Made by a program: the position numbers and the translations under genes. The notes beneath the pieces are model-generated. The model was not told the origin of the DNA. It worked only from the letters and a program-made list of their open reading frames with translations, and made no database searches. A DNA stretch of 64,000 nucleotides, taken from positions 30,037-94,036 of the forward strand of contig DATJXE010000006.1 in NCBI GenBank assembly GCA_035500505.1, given 5' to 3'. This document shows positions 17,530 through 26,385 of the stretch, piece after piece. This DNA is from Minisyncoccota bacterium. GTDB taxonomy: Bacteria; Patescibacteriota; Minisyncoccia; Phycocordibacterales; UBA2100. How positions within the stretch are numbered: the stretch's first letter is position 1; every line of letters begins with the position of its first letter.

Positions 17530-19740
17530 ATGCGGCAGATAGCAATGCTTACGGCCGCGGCTATCGGAGCCGTTTGCATCATCGCGGGGCTCTTCACGCT
17601 CAACCAGGTCGACCAGGAAGAACTCGACCTGACCGCGCGGTTGCAATCCCACTCGCAGATTGTCGCCGACAGCCTCGTCGACGAAGTCAGCCCTGCCTTC
17701 CGCTCCTACGCGACCAGCACGGTCCAAACGACCGTGGAAAAGTTCGCCAACGAGGAACGCGTCGTCGGCATCGGCGTGTACGACGCGAACGGCAATCCGG
17801 TCGCGCTCTCGGATGGACTTCCCCAGAACGTCAGCGGAGAGAACGTCATCCCGACCTCGATGGACAGCGACGCGGGCACCGGCGCTTACATCGGCAGCAG
17901 CCAGGGCGCGCTCTATGTCTTCTCCGACCCTATTACCGTTGACAACCACGTCATCGGCGCACTCGTCGTCGTGCAAAGCTCCCAATACATCAACGACGCG
18001 GTGACGGGCATCTGGAAGGACGCGCTCGTGCACCTCTTCCTCGAGATCATCCTCTTTGCGGGAGCCATCATTTTCATCGTGCGTTTCGTGTTCCGCCGAG
18101 CCATAACCGATGTCGCGGAATCGGTGCGCTCGATACGCGCGGGCGGCTCCGGCGACGAGCGGGGCGGCTCCGGCATGAGCATATTCCGGCCGCTCACGAG
18201 CGAGATAGCGAAAATGTCGACGAGTTTGCGCGATGCGCGCAGGGCCGCGAGCGAAGAAGCGCGCATGCGCCTGGAGAAACTCGACTCCCCTTGGACCGCC
18301 GAGCGCCTCAAGGAATTCATCAAAGCCTACCTCAAGGACCGGCCGATATATGTCGTCTCCAACGCCGAACCGTACGTGCACAACAAAGTAAAAAATAAGA
18401 TCGAATGGTCGGTGCCCGCCGGCGGTGTCATCACCGCGATAGAGCCGGTGATGGAGGCATGCGGCGGCACCTGGATCGCGCAAGGGAGCGGCGACGCCGA
18501 CAAGGCGGCAGCCAACAAAGAGGGCAAGCTGCGTGTGCCGCCTGAGGAGCCGAAATACACGCTCAAGCGCGTCTTCCTTTCGCCGAAAGAACGCAAAGGC
18601 TACTACGACGGCTTTTCCAACGAAGCGCTCTGGCCGTTGTGCCATCTGGCACACGTGCGCCCGCAATTCCGCAAAGAGGATTGGGCCGAATATCGCAAGG
18701 TCAACGGCATGTTCGCAAAAACGCTGCTTGAAGAGATCCGGCACGTCGAACGCCCGATAGTGCTCGTGCAGGACTACCACCTCGCGCTCGTCCCCGCGCT
18801 CGTCAAAAAAAGCCGGCCCGACGCGCAGGTCGCCATGTTCTGGCACATCCCGTGGCCCTCGGCCGCGCAATTTTCCATTTGCCCCTGGCGCAAAGAGTTG
18901 CTCGAGGGCATGCTCGGCGCCGACCTGGTCGGCTTCCACACGCAGCAGTACTGCAACAACTTCATGGATACCGTCGCCGCCGAGATCGAAGCGCGCATCG
19001 ACTTGGAGCGCTTCGCGGTCGTGCGCGGCGGGCACGAAACGCGCGTCGAACCCTTCCCCATTTCCATCGCCTTCCCGGGGAACGCCGAGATAGAAACCCC
19101 GCCCGACAGATCGATGCTCGACCAGCTCGGCATCAAAACGCCGCTTTTGGCGCTCGGCGTCGACCGGCTCGATTACATCAAAGGCATTCCGGAGCGCTTC
19201 CGCGGCGTCGAATTCTTGCTCAAAATGAACCCCGAATACCGCGAAAAATTCACACTGCTGCAGATAGCATCCCCGACGCGGCACGGCGTCGAGAAGTTCG
19301 AAGAATACGCGCAACAGGTGTTCACGGAAGCCGAGCGCATCAACGAGGCCTACGGCACCGAAACCTGGAAGCCCATCGTCATCGAGCACAAAAGCTACTC
19401 GCACTCGGATTTGCGCAAGCTCTATCAGCTCGCCGACGTGTGTCTCGTCACATCGCTCCACGACGGCATGAACCTCGTCGCCAAAGAATACGTCGCTGCG
19501 CGCTCGCAGGAGAACGGCGTCCTCATCTTGAGCCACTTCGCCGGCGCCTCGCGCGATCTCCCCACCGCGCTCAGCGTCAACCCGTACAGCGCGGAAGAAA
19601 CCGCCGAGGCGCTCAGGCTCGCCTTCACGATGCCCGAAAGCGAACAGCACCGCCGGATGAAGCAGATGCGCGCGGCGGTGCGTGATTACAACGTGTACCG
19701 CTGGTCGGCGGAGATCATCAAGGCGCTCGCGAAGCTGTGA
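17530..19740 (+). CDS. otsA: Alpha,alpha-trehalose-phosphate synthase (GT20) fused to an N-terminal two-TM sensor and HAMP-like module
   Basis: The C-terminal approximately 480 aa are a clear OtsA (YDGFSNEALWPLCH..., VQDYHLALVPALV..., FWHIPWP...). The N-terminal approximately 250 aa contain TM1 (LTAAAIGAVCIIAGLF), a roughly 140-aa extracytoplasmic domain, TM2 (LFLEIILFAGAIIFIVRFVF), and an amphipathic HAMP-like linker. Confidence 0.85.
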   Translation: MRQIAMLTAAAIGAVCIIAGLFTLNQVDQEELDLTARLQSHSQIVADSLVDEVSPAFRSYATSTVQTTVEKFANEERVVGIGVYDANGNPVALSDGLPQNVSGENVIPTSMDSDAGTGAYIGSSQGALYVFSDPITVDNHVIGALVVVQSSQYINDAVTGIWKDALVHLFLEIILFAGAIIFIVRFVFRRAITDVAESVRSIRAGGSGDERGGSGMSIFRPLTSEIAKMSTSLRDARRAASEEARMRLEKLDSPWTAERLKEFIKAYLKDRPIYVVSNAEPYVHNKVKNKIEWSVPAGGVITAIEPVMEACGGTWIAQGSGDADKAAANKEGKLRVPPEEPKYTLKRVFLSPKERKGYYDGFSNEALWPLCHLAHVRPQFRKEDWAEYRKVNGMFAKTLLEEIRHVERPIVLVQDYHLALVPALVKKSRPDAQVAMFWHIPWPSAAQFSICPWRKELLEGMLGADLVGFHTQQYCNNFMDTVAAEIEARIDLERFAVVRGGHETRVEPFPISIAFPGNAEIETPPDRSMLDQLGIKTPLLALGVDRLDYIKGIPERFRGVEFLLKMNPEYREKFTLLQIASPTRHGVEKFEEYAQQVFTEAERINEAYGTETWKPIVIEHKSYSHSDLRKLYQLADVCLVTSLHDGMNLVAKEYVAARSQENGVLILSHFAGASRDLPTALSVNPYSAEETAEALRLAFTMPESEQHRRMKQMRAAVRDYNVYRWSAEIIKALAKL

Positions 19741-19741
19741 T

Positions 19742-20518
19742 ATGGAGCACGCGCGTCGCGCTCTCGAACATATCGGGCGCCGCATGTCTCGCGGGCAGCA
19801 GCTCGTGCTCTTCCTCGATTTCGACGGCACGCTCGCGCCCATCGTACGAGACCCCTCGAAAGCGCGCATGGCGAAGCGCACGCACACGCTCGTCGAGCGA
19901 CTGGCACGGCGCGTGCCGCTTTACATTGTGACAGGACGTTCGTTGCGTGACATACGAAAACGCGCTCGCATACGCGGAGCGCGGTATGCCGGCAACCATG
20001 GCATGGAATGGAGCCGCGGTGCCGCGACCGAGAGTGTCCGCGTTTCGAGCGCCGCGCAAAAGGATGTTCGCGACGCGCTGCGGGCACTGCGCCCCCTCCG
20101 ACGGTACCGAGGCGTTTTTATTGAAGACAAGAAAATATCGGTCGCGTTCCATTACCGCGGTGTTTCGCGGCGTGAGATGCCGGAAGTCATCCAAACAGCG
20201 CACCGCGTGCTTGCTCCAATCCTCAAACGCGGCCGCATCGAGGCACTGCAGCAAAAGAAGCTGCTCGACGTGCGCCCGAAGGGCTGGCACAAGGGCGGCT
20301 TTGTCCGTTTGGTCATGCGGCACATGCCGAAGAACAGCGTCGCGGTCTATATCGGCGATGATGCGACGGACGAGGACGCGTTCGGCGCGCTCCGCGCGAG
20401 CGAGATCGGCATTCGCGTCGGTAAACGTTCTTCAAGTCGCGCGGGGTACTACCTTTCTTCGCAGCGCGCCATGGACGGCTTTCTATTGCGGCTCGCCGCA
20501 CAGATCGACGACCGCTAG
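19742..20518 (+). CDS. otsB: Trehalose-6-phosphate phosphatase (HAD family)
   Basis: LFLDFDGTLAPIV is HAD motif I, and GDDATDEDAF is motif III. The ATG is 2 nt after the otsA stop. Confidence 0.85.
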   Translation: MEHARRALEHIGRRMSRGQQLVLFLDFDGTLAPIVRDPSKARMAKRTHTLVERLARRVPLYIVTGRSLRDIRKRARIRGARYAGNHGMEWSRGAATESVRVSSAAQKDVRDALRALRPLRRYRGVFIEDKKISVAFHYRGVSRREMPEVIQTAHRVLAPILKRGRIEALQQKKLLDVRPKGWHKGGFVRLVMRHMPKNSVAVYIGDDATDEDAFGALRASEIGIRVGKRSSSRAGYYLSSQRAMDGFLLRLAAQIDDR

Positions 20519-21526
20519 CTCGAGCGGCAGGTGCGGCACGGCCGCATAGCCGATGGCCGCGTACGCGTCGAGAAGTGCACGCAGTGTTTCAGAGTTCACG
20601 CCCCGCTCTTTCGAAACTTCTTTGGCGAGCGCGGCGTCCTCGGCGGAAATTCCTTCCGAAAATTCTTTCGCAAGTTCCGGCGCGTAGCGCATGAGGAGCA
20701 CGACGCGCATGAGGTGGATGAGGAGCTTCGCCAGCATCCGCGCGTCCATGTTGGCGGCGACCGCTTCTTCTATCGCACCGAGCGCGGCTTTCGCGTCCTT
20801 TTTCGCGATCCCTGCGAGAAGCCGTCGGACTAATTCCCCACGCGGCGCGCCGGAAACGGTCTCGACCTCCGCAATGTCTATCTTTTTGTCGCGCGAAACG
20901 GCGAGAACTTTCTGCAAAATGGAAAGTGCGTCGCGGAACGAGCCTTCCGCAAGGAGCGCTATCAATTCCGCCGCGGAACGCTCGAGCGAGTATCCCTCTT
21001 TCTTCGCAACGTCGAAGACCGCTTGCGAAAGCACCTCACGCGTCGGTTGTTTGAATACGTAGATCTCGCAGCGCGACTGTATCGTCTCCGGCACTTTGTC
21101 GCGCTCGGTCGTCGCAAGCACGAAAATGGCGTGCGAGGGCGGCTCTTCAAGCGTCTTCAAAAGCGCATTCCACGCCTGCTTCGAGAGCATGTGCGCTTCG
21201 TCGATGATGTAGAACTTGTACGGGGAATCAAAAGGTGTGGTTTGCACGCCTTCGCGCAGCTCGCGAATGTTGTCGACGCCGGTGTTGGACGCCGCGTCTA
21301 TTTCGTAGAGATCTTTGTCGGACGTGCCGAGCGCCTTGGCGAGAATGCGAGCGACGGAAGTCTTCCCCGTGCCGCGGCTCCCCGCGAAGAGGTATGCGTG
21401 CGCCACCTTCCCGTTCTTGATAGATTCCTCAAGCGTATCCGTCACCTGCGGCTGCCCGCGCACCTCGGCGAACGATTGCGGGCGGTATTCCCGATATAGC
21501 GTCGCGTGCCGGGCTTCCTTTGCCAT
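20483..21526 (-). CDS. dnaX: DNA polymerase III subunit gamma/tau (short form)
   Basis: MAKEARHATLYREYRPQSFAEVRGQ...AHAYLFAGSRGTGKTS (Walker A) and ...IIDEAHML. Its 3' end is convergent with and overlaps otsB by about 36 nt. Confidence 0.9.
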   Translation of the reverse strand: MAKEARHATLYREYRPQSFAEVRGQPQVTDTLEESIKNGKVAHAYLFAGSRGTGKTSVARILAKALGTSDKDLYEIDAASNTGVDNIRELREGVQTTPFDSPYKFYIIDEAHMLSKQAWNALLKTLEEPPSHAIFVLATTERDKVPETIQSRCEIYVFKQPTREVLSQAVFDVAKKEGYSLERSAAELIALLAEGSFRDALSILQKVLAVSRDKKIDIAEVETVSGAPRGELVRRLLAGIAKKDAKAALGAIEEAVAANMDARMLAKLLIHLMRVVLLMRYAPELAKEFSEGISAEDAALAKEVSKERGVNSETLRALLDAYAAIGYAAVPHLPLELAVVDLCGEPQ

Positions 21527-21544
21527 GATAGGCAGTATACAAAA

Positions 21545-21580
21545 AGAGACGGCGGCGCACGAGGCGTCGCCGTTTTTTCT
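21545..21580. terminator. Bidirectional intrinsic terminator (9-bp GC stem ACGGCGGCG/CGTCGCCGT flanked by T-runs on both strands)
   Basis: Read directly. It lies downstream of the minus-strand ORF 21594..22787. Confidence 0.5.
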
Positions 21581-21593
21581 CACTGCCGAACAT

Positions 21594-22787
21594 TCACGAC
21601 ATGGGGTCGCCGTTATCATCCAAGCCTTTTGGCCATTCCTTTATACCGACGATTCGCAGAGCCGTGCGGAGCTGGGCAGAACCATTCCGCTGTAGAGACA
21701 AAGCGGAGAACATCTTCCTGAGGTCCGTTTGCCTCTGGCACCACGCCTCGGCCAACATGGGTCGGAGGGCTTCCGGGAACTGCATGACGACTGCGACAAC
21801 ATCGATGCTCAACACGAACCGCTTGGTGATCTCCCGCATCTCCGAAGAAAGGGGCGGCATGCGGATCACTTTGCCGATCAAAGCAGGAGGCTTTTGGATT
21901 GCCGCTGCGACGTGTTTGGCGAGGGTGTACTCTTTTCGCTTCTCCGCAACGCTGTCCAGAAGATCCAGCAAGCCCTGCCCGCAATATGGCCCCGGCCTCC
22001 TCCCGTGAAAAAGCGTCGTGTTCTCCTCGTCGTTTTCCTGTTGCGTTCTTTCGCCATATCGCTCGACGTGCCGCTTCCAGACTGCGACAACAGTTGCTCG
22101 CTTCAGGTATTTGTTTTGTATAACGTTCAAAGCGAGTTGTGCCAACGCCTGGGTCGTTACGACTTGCGCAGAAGCTTCGGAGTATCCCATGTTCGAGGCG
22201 ATTTGCCGATAGGAGTGATTGGTCGCAAAAAGCTGGAACGCACGGTACTTTCGCGGGGGAAGAGATGGCACCTTCCCCACTGTCGCCTCCACCAGTTCTT
22301 CGTCGACTACCCAGGAGGACTTGGTCGCCGCGACAGGCTCCACGGCTGTTTTCCCTTTCCCGGCTCGTTTGTTCGCCGGCGGCTTCGCGGTGTGAGCTTT
22401 CGTTCCCCTGCTCAATTTCACTTCCAGCCCGCCGACGCCGACGTGCCTGATCTGCGGGTTGAGCCGGAGCGGTACTTGCGCGGGAGGAACGTTATGTTCC
22501 GGCGTGAGAACTTTCTTCTTCGACGCAGTCGCGAGCTCCTCGCATGCTACGCAGAGACCTTGCCCGGTCCCCTTCCCCGCGTTGGTCAATTTCACGAGAT
22601 GGCGTACGCCGTGCTTGATGCACGTTTTGCAAAGACGGAATGGGGATGTACATCCTTCGCATTTCGCGTTGTGTCTGTTCCTGGCAGAACGGATCTTGCA
22701 CAAGTCTTCCGTAACTTCCCGCTGGTCCTGCTCGAATGCGCACGGACCGAACGTCTTTTCAGCGATCCTGACCCGTGGAATGAGCAT
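21594..22787 (-). CDS. Hypothetical protein with N-terminal CxxC zinc-ribbon pairs and a sigma-70 region-4/LuxR-like HTH
   Basis: C43xxC46, C54xxC57 and C79xxC82 are present. The segment LPPRKYRAFQLFATNHSYRQIASNMGYSEASAQVVTTQALAQLA fits the sigma70_r4/GerE HTH consensus. The middle of the protein is Lys/Ala/Pro-rich. Confidence 0.6.
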   Translation of the reverse strand: MLIPRVRIAEKTFGPCAFEQDQREVTEDLCKIRSARNRHNAKCEGCTSPFRLCKTCIKHGVRHLVKLTNAGKGTGQGLCVACEELATASKKKVLTPEHNVPPAQVPLRLNPQIRHVGVGGLEVKLSRGTKAHTAKPPANKRAGKGKTAVEPVAATKSSWVVDEELVEATVGKVPSLPPRKYRAFQLFATNHSYRQIASNMGYSEASAQVVTTQALAQLALNVIQNKYLKRATVVAVWKRHVERYGERTQQENDEENTTLFHGRRPGPYCGQGLLDLLDSVAEKRKEYTLAKHVAAAIQKPPALIGKVIRMPPLSSEMREITKRFVLSIDVVAVVMQFPEALRPMLAEAWCQRQTDLRKMFSALSLQRNGSAQLRTALRIVGIKEWPKGLDDNGDPMS

Positions 22788-22828
22788 TGGTCGGTCCTTT
22801 CATGGTTGTTCGGCTGTCAGAGAGCAGC

Positions 22829-23782
22829 CTATTTTGCAGAATAGAATATCTCTTGTGCTTGGGCAACACTCGTCGTTTCCATGAGCCGGACGCGCAGTTC
22901 CTTCGCGCCGTCCCAGCCGGATATGTAGGATTTGAAATGCTTCTTCATGGTCGCGAAATTGGAGACGCCGCCGAGGAGTTCCTCGAAGAGCGCAAGATGC
23001 CGCATGAGTGCCTCAAGCCGTTCGCGTGGCGAAGGTGCGTCCTTGCGTCCAGAAAAAAGCCACGGGTTCCCGAAGATGGCGCGCCCGAGCATGACGCCGT
23101 CGCACTTCGTTTCGGCGACCTTCGCTTTTGCATCGTCCAGATCTCTTGCATCGCCGTTGCCGATGATGAGCGCGTTGGCCTTCACCCCATTGCGAATATC
23201 AACGGCTCGCGCTATCGCGTCCCAGTGCGCCGGTACGTCCGACATTTCCTTGCGCGTTCGCGCATGGAGCGTAACGGCGGCAAGGTCTTCCGCAAGCAGC
23301 TCCGGCAGCCACGTCTCGAGTTCGTCTTTGTTGTAGCCGATGCGTGTTTTCACCGAGACCGGTCCGTCGAATCCTTTTTTCGCGGCTCGTATGAGTTCAC
23401 GCGCGAGCTTCGGTGTTTTGATGAGCGCCGCACCGCAACCGCTTTTCTCGACAGCACGATCGGGGCATCCCATATTGATATCGAGCCCGTCGAATCCGAG
23501 TTCCGCAACAATGCGTGCCGCTTGTTCCATCCGCTCCGGCGATGCGGTGAATAGTTGCGCAACGATGGGCCGCTCGATATCGGAATACTCAAGCTTCGCG
23601 CGCAATTGCTTCTGCCCGTGCTCATCCGCAAGCAATAATCCGTCGGCTGAGGTGAACTCGGTGAACATGACGGCCGGTTTCCCATATTCAGCTATCAGCC
23701 GCCTGAACGCGGCATCCGTCACGTTTTCAAGGGGTGCGAGGGCAAAAATAGGTTTCGGCAAATCGCTCCAAAGATTCTTCAT
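22829..23782 (-). CDS. dus: tRNA-dihydrouridine synthase
   Basis: MKNLWSDLPKPIFALAPLENVTDAAFRR...GFDGLDINMGCP...KTRIG are Dus FMN/TIM-barrel motifs. The start is set at MKNLW (23782); the track ORF has a non-coding-looking N-terminal extension. Confidence 0.85.
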   Translation of the reverse strand: MKNLWSDLPKPIFALAPLENVTDAAFRRLIAEYGKPAVMFTEFTSADGLLLADEHGQKQLRAKLEYSDIERPIVAQLFTASPERMEQAARIVAELGFDGLDINMGCPDRAVEKSGCGAALIKTPKLARELIRAAKKGFDGPVSVKTRIGYNKDELETWLPELLAEDLAAVTLHARTRKEMSDVPAHWDAIARAVDIRNGVKANALIIGNGDARDLDDAKAKVAETKCDGVMLGRAIFGNPWLFSGRKDAPSPRERLEALMRHLALFEELLGGVSNFATMKKHFKSYISGWDGAKELRVRLMETTSVAQAQEIFYSAK

Positions 23783-23801
23783 CGGGGCAGGATAGCACGA
23801 T

Positions 23802-24155
23802 TTGACACAGCACGCTCCGGAAGGTATTATATGTTCGGGAGGAAAAGATTCTGACGGCTGTATACGTGCGTACCTCCCACGTCCAACACAAGAATGGAAC
23901 TGTGGCAGCATGAAAGAATCAAGGAAACGCCGACGAAGGTCGGGAATTTTCAAGAGGCCCACACTGGAACTACTTGTAACGTCTTTGGAGGTCGAGAAGA
24001 AAATGCCGGCTGATACGCGCCACAGCGTTGCCGCGATGCTATTCTCCGACTTCCACAAGATGGGCAAGAAACTCCAGGATCGCTTTGCCGCGATCATGAA
24101 CAGGGGGACACCCGACGAGAGACGCCGTATCGGGAGTCTCATTGAAAGAAAGTAA
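23802..24155 (+). CDS. Hypothetical small basic protein
   Basis: The ORF is followed immediately by a plus-oriented intrinsic terminator. The real start may be the internal MKESRKRRRR. No homolog recognised. Confidence 0.35.
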   Translation: MTQHAPEGIICSGGKDSDGCIRAYLPRPTQEWNCGSMKESRKRRRRSGIFKRPTLELLVTSLEVEKKMPADTRHSVAAMLFSDFHKMGKKLQDRFAAIMNRGTPDERRRIGSLIERK

Positions 24156-24178
24156 CAACAAGCGCTTCTTCACTACTG

Positions 24179-24210
24179 GGCGGCCCAACGGGCCGCCCTT
24201 TCCTTTTTAT
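24179..24210 (+). terminator. Intrinsic terminator GGGCGGCCC-AAC-GGGCCGCCC followed by TTTCCTTTTTATT
   Basis: Read directly: a 9-bp perfect GC stem with a T-run on the plus strand. Confidence 0.7.
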
Positions 24211-25118
24211 TACGAAGCCGACTGCTGGCTCTGCCCTTTCAATTTATAGTACACCTTGTCGCCGAAGCGCAGGTCGACGTATTCCAGGTCCTGTTCTTGC
24301 CCTTGCAGTGCCTGCGAAGAAAGCACGAGCTGCAGATTGCTGACAAGCGTTCCCGGATCCTGGCCGAACGACGCATACACCGAGAACCCCTCTCCGAGCG
24401 GCACGGTAAAATCCTCGTCGCTCTGCACACTCGCGCCTTTGGGTGTGAGGCCGCCCTGCCCGAGGAGTTGTAGAAAGACGACGAGTCCTTGCGCGTGACC
24501 GGGCGCGAAGGTTTGCCCGATGGGAGCGGCCTGTGACGAAGTCGCGACGCCGCCCGAAAACACGTACTCGTTCGAGGAGCTCGCGGCCGCCGAAGCGGTG
24601 GAGAAAATGAAACCGGTCTTGTCCATGTCGAAACATCCCTCGCCACCGCACCAGAGCGCGAAGGGCAGCCGCTCGGTTATTGCCACCGTAACAGCATCGG
24701 CGAGAAGCGACGGGCTCGAAACCACGGCCGACTGCACGCGCGGAAATTGCAGCGGAATGTCTTTTTCGATGAGCGCTTTGGGATACAAGAAAATGTTCGC
24801 GCGAGAGAGCAGGTGGTGTGAGCCGTCGTAGATTATCGACTCCGCATAATTTTTTACCGCGTTCGCGGAAACATTCTGCGCGCCTTCGACACTCACCGAC
24901 AGGACGGAATATTGCGGGAGATAGGAGAGGTAACTCGCCACGAACGAGAGCGCGACGATAAGCGAGAGCACGAGAGAAAGCGCGATGATGCGGGCTCTCC
25001 TGCGCCGCGCACGCACCGGCGATATCCTTCTTTGTGGCCGCAGCGGAAGCGGCGGCTGGTCGAGCAAGTGCGCGCCAGGGCTTCGCTTGCGCAGGTCAAC
25101 TATTCTTCTTGATGACAT
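24210..25118 (-). CDS. ftsQ: Cell division protein FtsQ/DivIB-type (POTRA domain)
   Basis: An Arg-rich cytoplasmic N-terminus, a single TM helix, then a POTRA-like pattern VSVEGAQNVSANAVKNY...LPFALW. Confidence 0.6.
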   Translation of the reverse strand: MSSRRIVDLRKRSPGAHLLDQPPLPLRPQRRISPVRARRRRARIIALSLVLSLIVALSFVASYLSYLPQYSVLSVSVEGAQNVSANAVKNYAESIIYDGSHHLLSRANIFLYPKALIEKDIPLQFPRVQSAVVSSPSLLADAVTVAITERLPFALWCGGEGCFDMDKTGFIFSTASAAASSSNEYVFSGGVATSSQAAPIGQTFAPGHAQGLVVFLQLLGQGGLTPKGASVQSDEDFTVPLGEGFSVYASFGQDPGTLVSNLQLVLSSQALQGQEQDLEYVDLRFGDKVYYKLKGQSQQSAS

Positions 25119-26367
25119 CGTCGCCCATGTAGCCCCGCAAGACGTCGGGGATCGTTATCGAACCGTCCTTCTCTTGGTAGTTCTCGACTATCTGACAGAG
25201 TATCCGCGGCAGCGCAAGCGCGGTGTTGTTGAGCGAGTGCGCGTAGCGCACCGTTCCCTCTTCGTCGCGATAGCGGATGTTGAGCCGTCGCGTTTGGAAA
25301 TCGTGGAAATAGGAAGATGAGTGCGTCTCGCGATATTTCTTTTCGCTCGGCATCCACGCTTCGATGTCATACTTTTTCACCTGCCCAAGCCCCAGATCGC
25401 CGCCGCAGTTGACGACAACGCGGTACGGCAATTTCAACTCCTGCAACAGCTTCTCCGAATTCGCCGTCAGTTCTTCGTGCCACTTCACCGATTCTTCGTG
25501 GTTCGCCTCGCAAAGCACCACCTGCTCATATTTCACGAATTCGTGGATACGGAAAATGCCCTTGGTGTCCTTGCCGTGACTTCCAGCCTCGCGCCGAAAG
25601 CACGGAGAAAAGGAAAAGAATTTCACCGGCAGATCACTCTTCTCGAGTATTTCATCCATATAAAAACCCATTGATGCGACTTCGGACGTGCCCGCGAGAT
25701 ACTCCCCGTCCTGCGTTTTGTAGAGGTCTTCTTCGCTTTGCGGCAAGTAGCCAGTGCCGACGAACGGTTCGCGGCGCACGAGCGACGGCACGATCATCGG
25801 GATGAAATCTTTCTGAGAAAATCTTGACTGCACGAACTGTTCGAGCGCCCAGACGAGTCGCGCGCCCGCGCCCCGCAGAAAGTATCCGCGAAAGCCTGCG
25901 ACCTTGGCGCCGCGTTCGAAATCCGCCATGTCGTTCTGAAGCATCAATTCGACGTGACTCTTGGGCTCGAAGCCGAATTTGGGCTTGTCGCCCCACGTGC
26001 GCACTTCCTCGTTGTTGGCGTCGGAATCCCCTTCCGGCACCGACATGTCCGGCACGTTGGGGACCTGCACCATGAGCGCACGCCACTCCTTTAATACGTC
26101 CTGCATGGATTCCTCTTCGAGTTTCAGGGTTTCCTTGACGCCGGTCATCCGCGCGATGATCTCTTTTTTTTCTCCGTCACTCTTAGCGGAAGCGATGGCG
26201 TTCGACGCGGCGTTCTGCTCCGCGCGCTTCTCGTCTATGGAAAGCTGGAGTTCCCGACGCTTGTCGTCGAGCGAGAGGAGTTTCTCGATATCCACCTCGA
26301 TGTGCTTCTTTTTGGCGCCCGCGATAACGATATCCTTATTTTCGCGGATAAATTTGATATCGAGCAT
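25096..26367 (-). CDS. serS: Seryl-tRNA synthetase
   Basis: MLDIKFIRENKD..., an N-terminal coiled coil, class II motifs (FRREAGSHGKDTKGIFRIHEF, ...GLGQ...RY), and a C-terminal ...ALPRILCQIVENY. Confidence 0.9.
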   Translation of the reverse strand: MLDIKFIRENKDIVIAGAKKKHIEVDIEKLLSLDDKRRELQLSIDEKRAEQNAASNAIASAKSDGEKKEIIARMTGVKETLKLEEESMQDVLKEWRALMVQVPNVPDMSVPEGDSDANNEEVRTWGDKPKFGFEPKSHVELMLQNDMADFERGAKVAGFRGYFLRGAGARLVWALEQFVQSRFSQKDFIPMIVPSLVRREPFVGTGYLPQSEEDLYKTQDGEYLAGTSEVASMGFYMDEILEKSDLPVKFFSFSPCFRREAGSHGKDTKGIFRIHEFVKYEQVVLCEANHEESVKWHEELTANSEKLLQELKLPYRVVVNCGGDLGLGQVKKYDIEAWMPSEKKYRETHSSSYFHDFQTRRLNIRYRDEEGTVRYAHSLNNTALALPRILCQIVENYQEKDGSITIPDVLRGYMGDDVIKKNS

Positions 26368-26385
26368 GTATAGTAGAATACCACT

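Noticed and set aside
22829-24142. Long N-terminal extensions in track ORFs (such as dus 22829..24142, pth 34842..35624, groES 60421..60810, otsB 19682..20518, ABC ATPase 3964..4806)
   Set aside because: The ORF track uses the farthest upstream ATG/GTG/TTG. Conserved N-terminal motifs of the homologs begin later, and the upstream parts overlap other features, so the starts were trimmed.
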